The notes below the pieces were generated by a model, which did no database searches, was not told where the DNA came from, and saw only the letters and a program-made list of their open reading frames with translations. Position numbers and translations under genes: made by a program. From Clostridia bacterium (GTDB lineage Bacteria; Bacillota; Clostridia; Oscillospirales; CAG-272): a stretch of DNA of 64,000 nt. The DNA lies in NCBI GenBank assembly GCA_017408585.1, contig JAFQUJ010000016.1:45094-109093 (forward strand), given 5' to 3'. The first letter of the stretch is position 1; every line of letters starts with the position of its first letter. This document shows positions 9,872-18,097 of this stretch, one piece after another.

Positions 9872-10862
9872 TATTCTTCTCCAAAATTGATTTTAAAACA
9901 GGATAAATTTTTTCCGCCATTCTCATAAATCCGAGGTCGGTCGGGTGACAGCCCTCTACTGTGCAAATTGAGCGATCTGTGTCGCCAAAATAGGTTTCTC
10001 CATCTATAAAATACACATTTTTATCACCTTTTGCAAGGGCGTTTTCGTAGGTGCGCTTTACGATTTCTCGACGGATTGTATTTTCCTCGACATCGCCATC
10101 AAAATCGGGCTTTGTCATCATAACGATTGGCAATGTCGGATTTGCCTCGCGTATGATTTTGAAAAACGGCTCGTGAGTTGCCTCAAGATACTCGGGCGTG
10201 GGGGCGTTATGGTCGTAATCCATTACAAAAATGCTCATATCAAGCTTTTTTATATAGTTTGCCATGGCTTCCTCGCCTCTTGCGTTACCCGACACACCGA
10301 GGTTGATATAATCGCTGTCAAGCCACCGTGTAACGAGGGCTGTGTAGCATTTTCCAACAGTTGAAGCGCATCCGCCCTCAGTAATTGACGAGCCATAAAA
10401 GACGATTGGCTTCGTATAGGTGTATGGATCTGCGCTCTCTATTGTCGCATCGTCCTCAATTTCGATATCAATATCAAGCACGGGCTCATTTCTTGGGAGC
10501 ATTAGTGTTATATTTGACATTTTATCGCTCTTTTTTACAATGCCCTCAAATTCAAGTATCCCATAATTGCTAGCATTTATAATAGCAATGCGTGTTTTTT
10601 CCTCGAAAACATCAATTCCGCAAGAGCCACTAAGAGGGATTGCCCAGTCGGGATTGTTGCTTTCCACCTTTACCTTGATTTTGATCTCTTTACTATCGGT
10701 TTTAAAGCGCACTCTGACACCTGCGCCTGAGAAAATACGCACCCCTGTGTATTCATTTACGGTTTTTGCGACATCGTCATCCATTCTAACAAGGCGATTA
10801 TTTTTGTTTATAAATGCTCCGTGAATGGTTATGGGAGTTTCCTTAAAATTATATAATTTCAT
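9858..10862 (-). CDS. SGNH/GDSL-type hydrolase with N-terminal beta-sandwich-like domain (paralog 1)
   Basis: Block I FYGSSITEGG, block III GVSGNARG and block V CHPTDLGF. Its stop overlaps the cysK start by 14 nt. Confidence 0.75.
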   Translation of the reverse strand: MKLYNFKETPITIHGAFINKNNRLVRMDDDVAKTVNEYTGVRIFSGAGVRVRFKTDSKEIKIKVKVESNNPDWAIPLSGSCGIDVFEEKTRIAIINASNYGILEFEGIVKKSDKMSNITLMLPRNEPVLDIDIEIEDDATIESADPYTYTKPIVFYGSSITEGGCASTVGKCYTALVTRWLDSDYINLGVSGNARGEEAMANYIKKLDMSIFVMDYDHNAPTPEYLEATHEPFFKIIREANPTLPIVMMTKPDFDGDVEENTIRREIVKRTYENALAKGDKNVYFIDGETYFGDTDRSICTVEGCHPTDLGFMRMAEKIYPVLKSILEKNNENL

Positions 10863-10873
10863 TTTGGGCCTCT

Positions 10874-11665
10874 TTAATAGATATCTTTTCTAATTCCGTT
10901 TGATATAAATTCATCGTTGCGAACAAGTCCTTGTCCAAATCCGGCAGGACGCATATATTTCCACGAAGCATCAATATCGGCGCTTATTTGTCCTATATCT
11001 GCTCTTAGGTTTTTTAGTATTTGTCCGTCGGGAGATACTATCATGGTGTTGCCACCACGCTCGGTTGTTCCCATTGAGAACGACGCTCTTGCGATATAGG
11101 CATTTGTACGAAATGCGAGAAGCTTATTTTGCGCCTCTATTATATCTGTGCGCTCTCCTCTTTGATATCCCGGTATCACTATGATATCGGGCTTTTGATT
11201 TGCGATATATTCAATTTGCTCATTAAAATAAACATCATAGCAGGTCATAAATGCAAATTTTATACCATCAAGTGTGCATATGCAATCGCCATTTCCGTGC
11301 TTGACGCCTAGCTTGAGCTCTGATGGGGGCAAATGTATTTTGTCATAGATGAAGGCTACCTCGCCATTTTTATCGAAAAGATATGTGCTGTTTTTGATGT
11401 CGCCATTTCTTCTTTCTATTACATTTACGCATACATATGCGCCCTTTTCTTTTGCTTGCCTCGAAGCCTCTTGAAGCATAATCTGCGCGCGAGGGAGAGC
11501 CAAAAGCTCGCTCTCAACATCGGAAATCCCGCCTGCGTTCGAGTATTCGGGAAGGACAATTAAATCCCCCTCTGCTTTCTCTAACTCATCAAGAAGGAAT
11601 TGCGCTATTTTTTCGTCGGGGCGCTCTCCTATATTATAAGGAGGCTGTATTACTGTAATTTTCAT
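10874..11665 (-). CDS. carbon-nitrogen hydrolase (nitrilase superfamily)
   Basis: 263 aa with a candidate E-K-C triad (VLPEY, DKIHLP, MTCYD). ATGA start/stop overlap with the upstream SGNH gene. Confidence 0.75.
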   Translation of the reverse strand: MKITVIQPPYNIGERPDEKIAQFLLDELEKAEGDLIVLPEYSNAGGISDVESELLALPRAQIMLQEASRQAKEKGAYVCVNVIERRNGDIKNSTYLFDKNGEVAFIYDKIHLPPSELKLGVKHGNGDCICTLDGIKFAFMTCYDVYFNEQIEYIANQKPDIIVIPGYQRGERTDIIEAQNKLLAFRTNAYIARASFSMGTTERGGNTMIVSPDGQILKNLRADIGQISADIDASWKYMRPAGFGQGLVRNDEFISNGIRKDIY

Positions 11666-12714
11666 TTTAACACCGCCTTTAGTATTGGTAAAAGTGCCTT
11701 TGCCATTGAGAAAAAGCCGAGATCGGTGGGGTGACAGTTATCGACCGTTCCGTTATCTTTACAGATCCTCATAAGTGATTTTCCATTGATAAAATAGACA
11801 TTCTTATCACCTTTTGCAAGGGCGTTTTTATAGGTTGTCCTTATGATTTTCAATCGCTTTTTCTCGTCGGGCGTCAAGGTGTATTTGGGCCTTGACATTA
11901 TAATTATAGGAAGCTCCTTATGGCGCTCACGAATAGCGTTGAACATTTTCTCGTGCGTTGCCATCAGGTGCTCGACGCTTGGAGAGTTATGGTCATAGTC
12001 ATAGACGAAGGCTGACATATCAAGCGAGCTTATATAGCTTGCCATTTCGTCCTCTGCCATTGCGTTGCCCGAAAAGCCTAGATTTATGTAATTGACGCTC
12101 AACTCTCGTGAAAGGATTGCTTGATAAGACGAGCCCGGGCGCGAGGCACAGCCACCCTGTGTTATAGACGAGCCATAAAAGACGATTGGCTTTTCGATTT
12201 TATATGGCGTTGAAGCGCTAAGCGTCGATGCGTCGCTAATACCCACATAAAGCTCGATTACATCGCTATATAGAGGAAAATTAATTACTATTTCGCGCTC
12301 TTTTTTCGTGCCTAGCTCGATTACGCCCTCATAGCCGTCTATTATGTCGAATGGAGGCACAAGGGTGTTGACATATTGTTCTTTCTCGTCCCTTACATAG
12401 AGGTCAAAGCCACACGAGCCTGCAAGGGCGAAGTGTGACATTTTTCCAATATTTGCCATTTGAGCGTGAATTGCGATATACGGGCTATTGGTTTTAAAGC
12501 ATACTCTTCCACCTGCTGTGTTTGAGTGTAGCCAATACACGCCATCGCTTACGCTTTTTGCGACACTCTCGGGCATTCTTCTGAATTTTCCGTTTTCGTG
12601 GAATATTCCGTAAATTTTAAATGGCTCTTGCCTTACATTATAGAATTTTATATCGCTTTTAGAAATTTTGGTTTCTATTTTGAAATTCTTGTCGATTTGA
12701 GAAATATCGCTCAT
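11662..12714 (-). CDS. SGNH/GDSL-type hydrolase with N-terminal beta-sandwich-like domain (paralog 2)
   Basis: FYGSSITQGG, GFSGNAMA, CHPTDLGF. Clearly paralogous to 9858..10862; for example both contain YENALAKGDKNVYFI/YKNALAKGDKNVYFI. Confidence 0.75.
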   Translation of the reverse strand: MSDISQIDKNFKIETKISKSDIKFYNVRQEPFKIYGIFHENGKFRRMPESVAKSVSDGVYWLHSNTAGGRVCFKTNSPYIAIHAQMANIGKMSHFALAGSCGFDLYVRDEKEQYVNTLVPPFDIIDGYEGVIELGTKKEREIVINFPLYSDVIELYVGISDASTLSASTPYKIEKPIVFYGSSITQGGCASRPGSSYQAILSRELSVNYINLGFSGNAMAEDEMASYISSLDMSAFVYDYDHNSPSVEHLMATHEKMFNAIRERHKELPIIIMSRPKYTLTPDEKKRLKIIRTTYKNALAKGDKNVYFINGKSLMRICKDNGTVDNCHPTDLGFFSMAKALLPILKAVLK

Positions 12715-12785
12715 AAAAGCACCTCTTTATTACTAATATAATTATTATATTACAATTTTCAATGCTTTTCAAGGGCTTGAAAACG

Positions 12786-12812
12786 AAAAACGCACCACAT
12801 GGTGCGTTTTTT
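12786..12812 (-). terminator. rho-independent terminator
   Basis: AAAAACGCACC-acat-GGTGCGTTTTT, directly downstream of the 12815 stop. Confidence 0.6.
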
Positions 12813-12814
12813 AA

Positions 12815-13531
12815 TTATTTTTGCTCTTCTTTATTATCGATGCTCTCTTTTTTATCAAGCTTTGGGCGCTTTGAAAAACCAAAAATCGAGTAAAATGCCG
12901 AGCACACCATACTAATTACAACATATATTGGATAATATTCAAAATAGTAATATGATGCTTTCTTAGAGCCATACACGCTTATAAAGTTCATGTAGTCAAC
13001 CAAAAGGTGCACTAGTGGAATTACAGCAAGAATTAATGCAGAAATAATTACATAAATTAGTGGAAGAATTACACTATACTCTCCGTTTACGGTAATCTCA
13101 ATATCGTCTGCCTTTTCTGGAGAAATGTGGAATTTATAGCCACCAAGTGTCCAAACATATGTAAATGCAGAGGTGATTGCGTACATAATAGAAAGCATAG
13201 GAATCATAAATGCTTCTACCACATATAAATAGAAAATTATCGGCCAAGAAATTATGTAGATTACTGTTTGAGGAGCGTGTCTTACATCCTTTCCCTCACT
13301 ATTAACAAGTCCATGAAGAGCCTTTAACGGATCTGTTATAATTTTGTGGAAATACGCCATGCAGAAATACACACCTGCACAAACAAGACTGCAAGCAATC
13401 ATGGGAAGCATAGCTATTGCTGTTAAAATTGACAGCGCCTTATTCATTGCCTTATACTTTTTAAGCTTGAATGCCTCTCTCATTAGCTTTCTCATACTGT
13501 CGATAAGATCGATGTTTAATAAATTATTCAT
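12815..13531 (-). CDS. hypothetical polytopic membrane protein
   Basis: 238 aa with several hydrophobic segments and a Lys/Glu-rich tail. I recognise no family motif. Confidence 0.5.
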   Translation of the reverse strand: MNNLLNIDLIDSMRKLMREAFKLKKYKAMNKALSILTAIAMLPMIACSLVCAGVYFCMAYFHKIITDPLKALHGLVNSEGKDVRHAPQTVIYIISWPIIFYLYVVEAFMIPMLSIMYAITSAFTYVWTLGGYKFHISPEKADDIEITVNGEYSVILPLIYVIISALILAVIPLVHLLVDYMNFISVYGSKKASYYYFEYYPIYVVISMVCSAFYSIFGFSKRPKLDKKESIDNKEEQK

Positions 13532-13682
13532 ATTTTCGCCTTTCTAATTATTTTTAGGTGAAATAATTATAGTACAAATATTTACTAATGTCAAGAGGTT
13601 TCAGTAAAAATGTTTACTATAATTTTAAGTAAATAAATTTACTTGTTATAATCAATATATAAAGGATTGGGAGGTGTTCATT

Positions 13683-13889
13683 ATGTATTCGTATGTAAAG
13701 CGAATTCGAGATCTAAGAGAGGATCATGACAAAACTCAAGAGGAAATTGCTGACATTTTGGGAACATCTCAAACTATGTACGCAAGATACGAAAGAGGCG
13801 CTAATGAGTTGCCTATTCGCCATCTTATCGCGCTATGCAAGTATTATAATGTTTCAGCCGATTATATTTTAGGGCTTAGCAACAAATAA
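13683..13889 (+). CDS. XRE-family helix-turn-helix transcriptional regulator
   Basis: MYSYVKRIRDLREDHDKTQEEIADILGTSQTMYARYERG is a Cro/CI-type HTH. ATG at 13683 follows GGGAGG. Confidence 0.8.
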   Translation: MYSYVKRIRDLREDHDKTQEEIADILGTSQTMYARYERGANELPIRHLIALCKYYNVSADYILGLSNK

Positions 13890-13933
13890 TGTCGTTTTAT
13901 CTGCACGAAATTTTATTTTTTTCAAAAAAGGGC

Positions 13934-13962
13934 TTGACAGGTCAAATTTTGTGTGATATAAT
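13934..13962 (+). promoter_or_regulatory. consensus sigma70 promoter for the tRNA pair
   Basis: TTGACA (13934-13939), 17 nt spacer, TGaTATAAT (extended -10, TATAAT at 13957-13962). Confidence 0.7.
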
Positions 13963-13977
13963 CATAACGCTTGATAA

Positions 13978-14066
13978 GCCGATGTGGCGGAATTGGTAGA
14001 CGCCACGGACTTAAAATCCGTTGGGAAGAAATTCCCGTACCGGTTCGAGTCCGGTTATCGGCACCA
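13978..14066 (+). tRNA. tRNA-Leu (anticodon UAA), long variable arm, encoded CCA
   Basis: GCCGATG...CATCGGCACCA acceptor, anticodon loop CTTAAAA, long variable arm, GGTTCGAGTCC T-arm. Confidence 0.9.
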
Positions 14067-14073
14067 TTAATAT

Positions 14074-14151
<78 letters not shown>

Positions 14152-14186
14152 TGTTATGCATCCAATTTGGATGCCAACCCAAAAAA

Positions 14187-14217
14187 CCCAGATGTCGTAA
14201 GGCTTCTGGGCTTTTTT
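14187..14217 (+). terminator. terminator after the tRNA pair
   Basis: CCCAGA...TCTGGG stem followed by CTTTTTT. Confidence 0.5.
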
Positions 14218-14410
14218 ATACCCATTTTTTACAGTGCAATTTTGGTAGATGCCAAACGCCAAAAACGCCGTGTGGATGGGATCTGAACTTAAATAAACGA
14301 CTTTTCAGGGGAGCTTTTGCGATTCTTTTGTTCGCAAAAATTCTTTTTTCATTGTTTTATTTGTAAACTATTTGTGTTCAAATAATAATTCGGGATAATT
14401 ACAAAATGCC

Positions 14411-14439
14411 TTGATTTATTCATAAAAAAGTGATATAAT
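14411..14439 (+). promoter_or_regulatory. sigma70-like promoter upstream of the structured leader/sRNA
   Basis: TTGATT (14411-14416), 17 nt spacer, TGaTATAAT (TATAAT at 14434-14439). Confidence 0.6.
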
Positions 14440-14445
14440 AATAAT

Positions 14446-14652
14446 GCTAAACCAACTTAATATGCTAAAAAGAGCTTTTTTGTTTCCAAGGGGGGTACTA
14501 TACCCTTTTTTCGGCTTTCTACATATGGATTTGATAAAAATGCAAATCCCGCTTGTAGAAAGCAGATTAGCTCTGTCGTATTCAAGTTGGTTTAGCGACT
14601 TGGGGTTTGCGTTTTTTGTGCGTTGGCTCTGGTCAGCGCACTTTTTGATTTT
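14446..14652 (+). ncRNA. unclassified structured RNA: either a cis-regulatory leader of the lipoprotein gene or an independent sRNA
   Basis: Perfect 13 bp long-range helix 14446-14458/14584-14596. Perfect 10 bp helix 14514-14523/14554-14563 enclosing a 7 bp hairpin 14527-14533/14543-14549. 6 bp helix 14471-14476/14569-14574. Terminator-like 10 bp hairpin 14618-14641 followed by TTTTTGATTTT. Confidence 0.5.
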
Positions 14653-14658
14653 GGGGGT

Positions 14659-15513
14659 ATGACTGTGAAAAAATCTATATGGATAGCGTTAATACTGATG
14701 CTTGTTTGCATATTCTCTTTTTTTGCTTGTGATCAGGGGGATACACCGCCTAACAATGATGGAAATAATGATAACAATAATTCTACAGAATGCCAACATA
14801 CTTTTGGGAATTGGAATACCGTAAAACAAGCCACCTGCAAAGAAGAAGGCTCGCTTATTCGTACTTGTAGTAAATGCTACAAAACAGAGGAGTCTACCAT
14901 TTCCAAGACCGATACACATATATGGGCTCAAGCAACATGTTCTTCACCAAAGAAGTGTCAATTGTGTGGCACAATAGAGGGGGAGCCTCTTGAACATGAT
15001 TGGGGAAATCCAACTTGTACGACACCAAGATCTTGTTTGGTTTGTTGGACTGTTGATGAAAAATCTGAAGCATTAGGACATACGTTTGTAAATGGCGAAT
15101 GTCAGATTTGCGGGGATCAATCCGAAGATTATTTAGCAGATTATGACAAATATTTAATGGCGGCACATCTTTACCAAGCTGTAATAGATTCTGCAAAATT
15201 CCCGTCAAGTGTTCGCATTGAAAGAGCATATTATATAAATGATTTGGGAAAAGGATTTCCTGCCGTTAGATTAGAATGTGCGGCGGCAAATTCTATGGGT
15301 GGTTATGGTATTCTTTACGGAGTGGTAATACAGTATCCTTCGCAAGGTTATGAAGACAATCCTTATGCAGATCATGTTTATGTATACGAAGATTTATATT
15401 GTTTTGAATGCAGCATATATGATAGTTGCCCAGTGCTTAATTATAATGGATATGAGAAGCTCGATATAGAACGTATTATAACGGTTCATAATGAAGATAT
15501 CAACTTTGATTAA
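14659..15513 (+). CDS. putative lipoprotein with three Cys-rich (H-x-F/W...ATC...C-x2-C) repeats
   Basis: MTVKKSIWIALILMLVCIFSFFAC is a signal peptide with a lipobox Cys. ATG at 14659 follows GGGGGT. The rest is repeated Cys modules and a C-terminal globular part. Confidence 0.7.
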   Translation: MTVKKSIWIALILMLVCIFSFFACDQGDTPPNNDGNNDNNNSTECQHTFGNWNTVKQATCKEEGSLIRTCSKCYKTEESTISKTDTHIWAQATCSSPKKCQLCGTIEGEPLEHDWGNPTCTTPRSCLVCWTVDEKSEALGHTFVNGECQICGDQSEDYLADYDKYLMAAHLYQAVIDSAKFPSSVRIERAYYINDLGKGFPAVRLECAAANSMGGYGILYGVVIQYPSQGYEDNPYADHVYVYEDLYCFECSIYDSCPVLNYNGYEKLDIERIITVHNEDINFD

Positions 15514-15653
15514 ATTTAAAATAATCGATTTAAAGCAACGGTGGTTTGCATCTATTAAGGATGCACATGAAACGGACACCAAAATTCAAAAGCCCTTGAT
15601 TTTATTGACTTTTTGAGGGTGGCATCTATTAAGGCGGTACAACACAAGATAAA

Positions 15654-15685
15654 CAAAAAACGAACCGCTTTGGTTCGTTTTTTGT
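15654..15685 (+). terminator. rho-independent terminator
   Basis: AAAAAACGAACC-gcttt-GGTTCGTTTTTT. Confidence 0.65.
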
Positions 15686-15689
15686 TTAT

Positions 15690-15866
15690 CAGCTAAATTT
15701 GCACGAGTGCAAGATAAATTGAGTATATCTCAGCTAAATTCCTAACGGAGCTAGATTGGCTTTGCCAGCCATGGTGAGCAAATTTAATTTAGCTGTGTAA
15801 CAATTTCGCTAATGCGAAGATTTATCGTAGCATTAATTTCGCTATCACGGAGTGATAATTTAGCTA
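15690..15866. repeat. cluster of AGCTAAATT direct/inverted repeats and short palindromes (candidate structured RNA or protein-binding array)
   Basis: AGCTAAATT at 15691 and 15732, with the variant AGATAAATT at 15712. Inverted copies AATTTAGCT at 15786-15794 and 15857-15865. Small hairpins lie between them (TTGCA-cgag-TGCAA, TTCGC-taat-GCGAA, TATCAC-gga-GTGATA, GGCT-ttgcc-AGCC). Confidence 0.5.
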
Positions 15867-15932
15867 TTTACTTAAACTTTGTTGTGTAATATAATTAGGT
15901 TCAAATTACAAACAATATGCTCAACCAAACGC

Positions 15933-15958
15933 AAAGGACACCATTCGGTGTCCTTTTT
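15933..15958 (+). terminator. orphan rho-independent terminator (no CDS upstream of it)
   Basis: AAAGGACACC-attc-GGTGTCCTTT followed by TT. Confidence 0.6.
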
Positions 15959-16069
15959 ACTTTGGTTATGAGAGTGAATTGTATTCACGACTTTCTTGGT
16001 TATTATAGTATTGATTTTGACAAGCTTTTATGATAAAATATATATAAGAAGACTTAGCGAGGTGATTTT

Positions 16070-18085
16070 ATGAAAAAAAGCTTAAAAGTTGGAATTGTCG
16101 CAATGATTATTTCTCTTATTGTGACTCTGGGGCTATGGGCGTTTGGTCTATTTGTTCTTGGCGACATAATTGGCGATCAGTTGGGCGGTGTTATATTTGC
16201 GATTTTGTTCTTTGCTGTTCTCTTTTTAATGATTGTTGATTTAATTATTGGTAGCATAATAGATAGAAAATATGCGAACAAAAGCGTTGGGACAATACAT
16301 CAGCTTATTCGTGAGCGACAGGAGCGCATAAACGAGGATCTTGAAAAATCAACAAGAAAAATCCACGCCATAGCGACGCTATGCAAGGTATTTATTTTCG
16401 TTTTGACGCTTTTGTGTCATGCTCTTGCCTTATTTATTGGCGCTATGGGTCCGGAGCCTAGCATTCTTATGGCGTTTATAATTCCTGTGAATTTGAGCAT
16501 ATATGCAAAAATTGCGGTTTCATATTTTAGCTTTGAGCTTCCCGACACATATGTAACTGACGACGAATTTCCTCTTATATATGGGCTTGCTAACAAGGCT
16601 ATGAAGGAGCTTGGACTCAAGGGACGCCTTTACATCTTTCCAACAAATGATTTTGACGCATCAATTGCACAAATTAACGGTGGGTACATAATTAACCTTG
16701 GCACAAGCCTTGCAAGAGCCTCCTACGAGGACGAGCTTTATAGCATATTTTTGCACGAATTCGCACACATGTCGCAATCTACTCCAAAATCTGTTGGCTA
16801 TCACTTTATTAATCTTATCGAGGGTGAAAACGAGGGCTTTGGATTTTTCAATGTGATTTGGAGCATCTTCTTTGTCGGCTTTATGAAGCTATTCTATTTC
16901 GAGCATAATTTTTATAGAGCTCTTGCCTCTGTTCAAATTGAAGCCATGGCTGACTCTATTGTTTTAAGCAAGGGTGATGCGATAGCATATGCTAACGCCT
17001 TAGCAAAGGCATCAATACACAATAGGTTTGACAGAGTTTTCTCCGAGTTCTCCTCCGGCATTTTAAACGAGGGTGATACTATTCGTGAGGATATCGCGAC
17101 GCTATTTTATAACCAATATGCCGACACCTTTGTAAAGGTCAAGGACAAGTGGCTTGTCGAGCTTGAGGTGGAGCTTCAGCCAAGGAATGCCTCTCACCCA
17201 ATTTACAGGCTTAGACGAGATGCTCTTGGCGTTAGTGCTGACGAGGTAAATCCGAGCTTGCCCGATATCTCCTATGCTCTTGCTCTCGAGGCTGACAGGC
17301 TTTTAAGGTGGGCTGACAGCTTAACCCTTGAGCACTTCAAGAATGACTACGAGCAGATACACAAAATACATTATCTTGACCCTCTCAACATTGTAAACGC
17401 TTGGGAGGCAAACGAGCGAGCTTGCACAATTGAAGAAAGCGTCGAGATAATTCACGCACTAAGAATGCTTAACAGAAAAAGCGATGCAGAGGAGCTTTGT
17501 GACAGAATAATTGCTGAAGCGCCAAATCCAAACGCTTGCGCTCACGCTACATTTTACAAGGCGTACAGGCTTTTATCGAGAGGCGACAACTCCGGAATCG
17601 ACATTCTTTATGGACTTTGTGACACAAATCAAAACTATGCAGAGGAAGCTCTTAACCTAATTGGTGAATACTGCTGTGCAAAGGGCTTGCAGGAGCGTCT
17701 TGACGAATATCGCACAAGAGCGGTTGAAATTATTCAGCGAACGGTTGACGAGCAAGAGTTTTCGACGCTTAGCTACAAGGACAATTTAATTCATGACGAT
17801 ATGCCACAAGAGCTTATTGACAGCCATATAAGCTACATTCTTGGCGTCGGTGAAAATCGTATAAAAGAAATACATCTTGTAAAAAAGGTGACTAGCAAGG
17901 GAGATTCGACAAGTATATTCCTAGTAGATTTTCTGCCGAATACTGATTACGAGGCGGTAAATCGAATTATGAACAAGATATTCATTCATTTAGATGCATG
18001 CGAGGAGCAATATTCTCTGTTCCTTTTAGATGCGCATTACAGAAGCGTTTTACAAAAGCTAAACACCTGTGTTTACAAGGCTTAG
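16070..18085 (+). CDS. membrane-anchored putative zinc metalloprotease (HExxH) with helical-repeat C-terminal domain
   Basis: 671 aa. N-terminal TM segments, an FLHEFAHM (HExxH) motif, and an alpha-helical, TPR-like C-terminal half. Exact family not recognised. Confidence 0.5.
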   Translation: MKKSLKVGIVAMIISLIVTLGLWAFGLFVLGDIIGDQLGGVIFAILFFAVLFLMIVDLIIGSIIDRKYANKSVGTIHQLIRERQERINEDLEKSTRKIHAIATLCKVFIFVLTLLCHALALFIGAMGPEPSILMAFIIPVNLSIYAKIAVSYFSFELPDTYVTDDEFPLIYGLANKAMKELGLKGRLYIFPTNDFDASIAQINGGYIINLGTSLARASYEDELYSIFLHEFAHMSQSTPKSVGYHFINLIEGENEGFGFFNVIWSIFFVGFMKLFYFEHNFYRALASVQIEAMADSIVLSKGDAIAYANALAKASIHNRFDRVFSEFSSGILNEGDTIREDIATLFYNQYADTFVKVKDKWLVELEVELQPRNASHPIYRLRRDALGVSADEVNPSLPDISYALALEADRLLRWADSLTLEHFKNDYEQIHKIHYLDPLNIVNAWEANERACTIEESVEIIHALRMLNRKSDAEELCDRIIAEAPNPNACAHATFYKAYRLLSRGDNSGIDILYGLCDTNQNYAEEALNLIGEYCCAKGLQERLDEYRTRAVEIIQRTVDEQEFSTLSYKDNLIHDDMPQELIDSHISYILGVGENRIKEIHLVKKVTSKGDSTSIFLVDFLPNTDYEAVNRIMNKIFIHLDACEEQYSLFLLDAHYRSVLQKLNTCVYKA

Positions 18086-18097
18086 CGAGGTGATTTT

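Noticed and set aside
14444-14662. 72 aa + strand ORF upstream of the lipoprotein gene
   Set aside because: It coincides with the multi-helix RNA structure and terminator, and it has no RBS. It starts within ~5 nt of the predicted TSS and its peptide is low-complexity and hydrophobic. The RNA interpretation is better supported.
15690-15866. Possible mini-CRISPR array, because of ~21 nt periodic AGCTAAATT repeats
   Set aside because: The conserved unit is only 9 nt and the 'spacers' are 11-12 nt and themselves palindromic. Copies occur in both orientations, and no cas genes are nearby. None of this is compatible with CRISPR.
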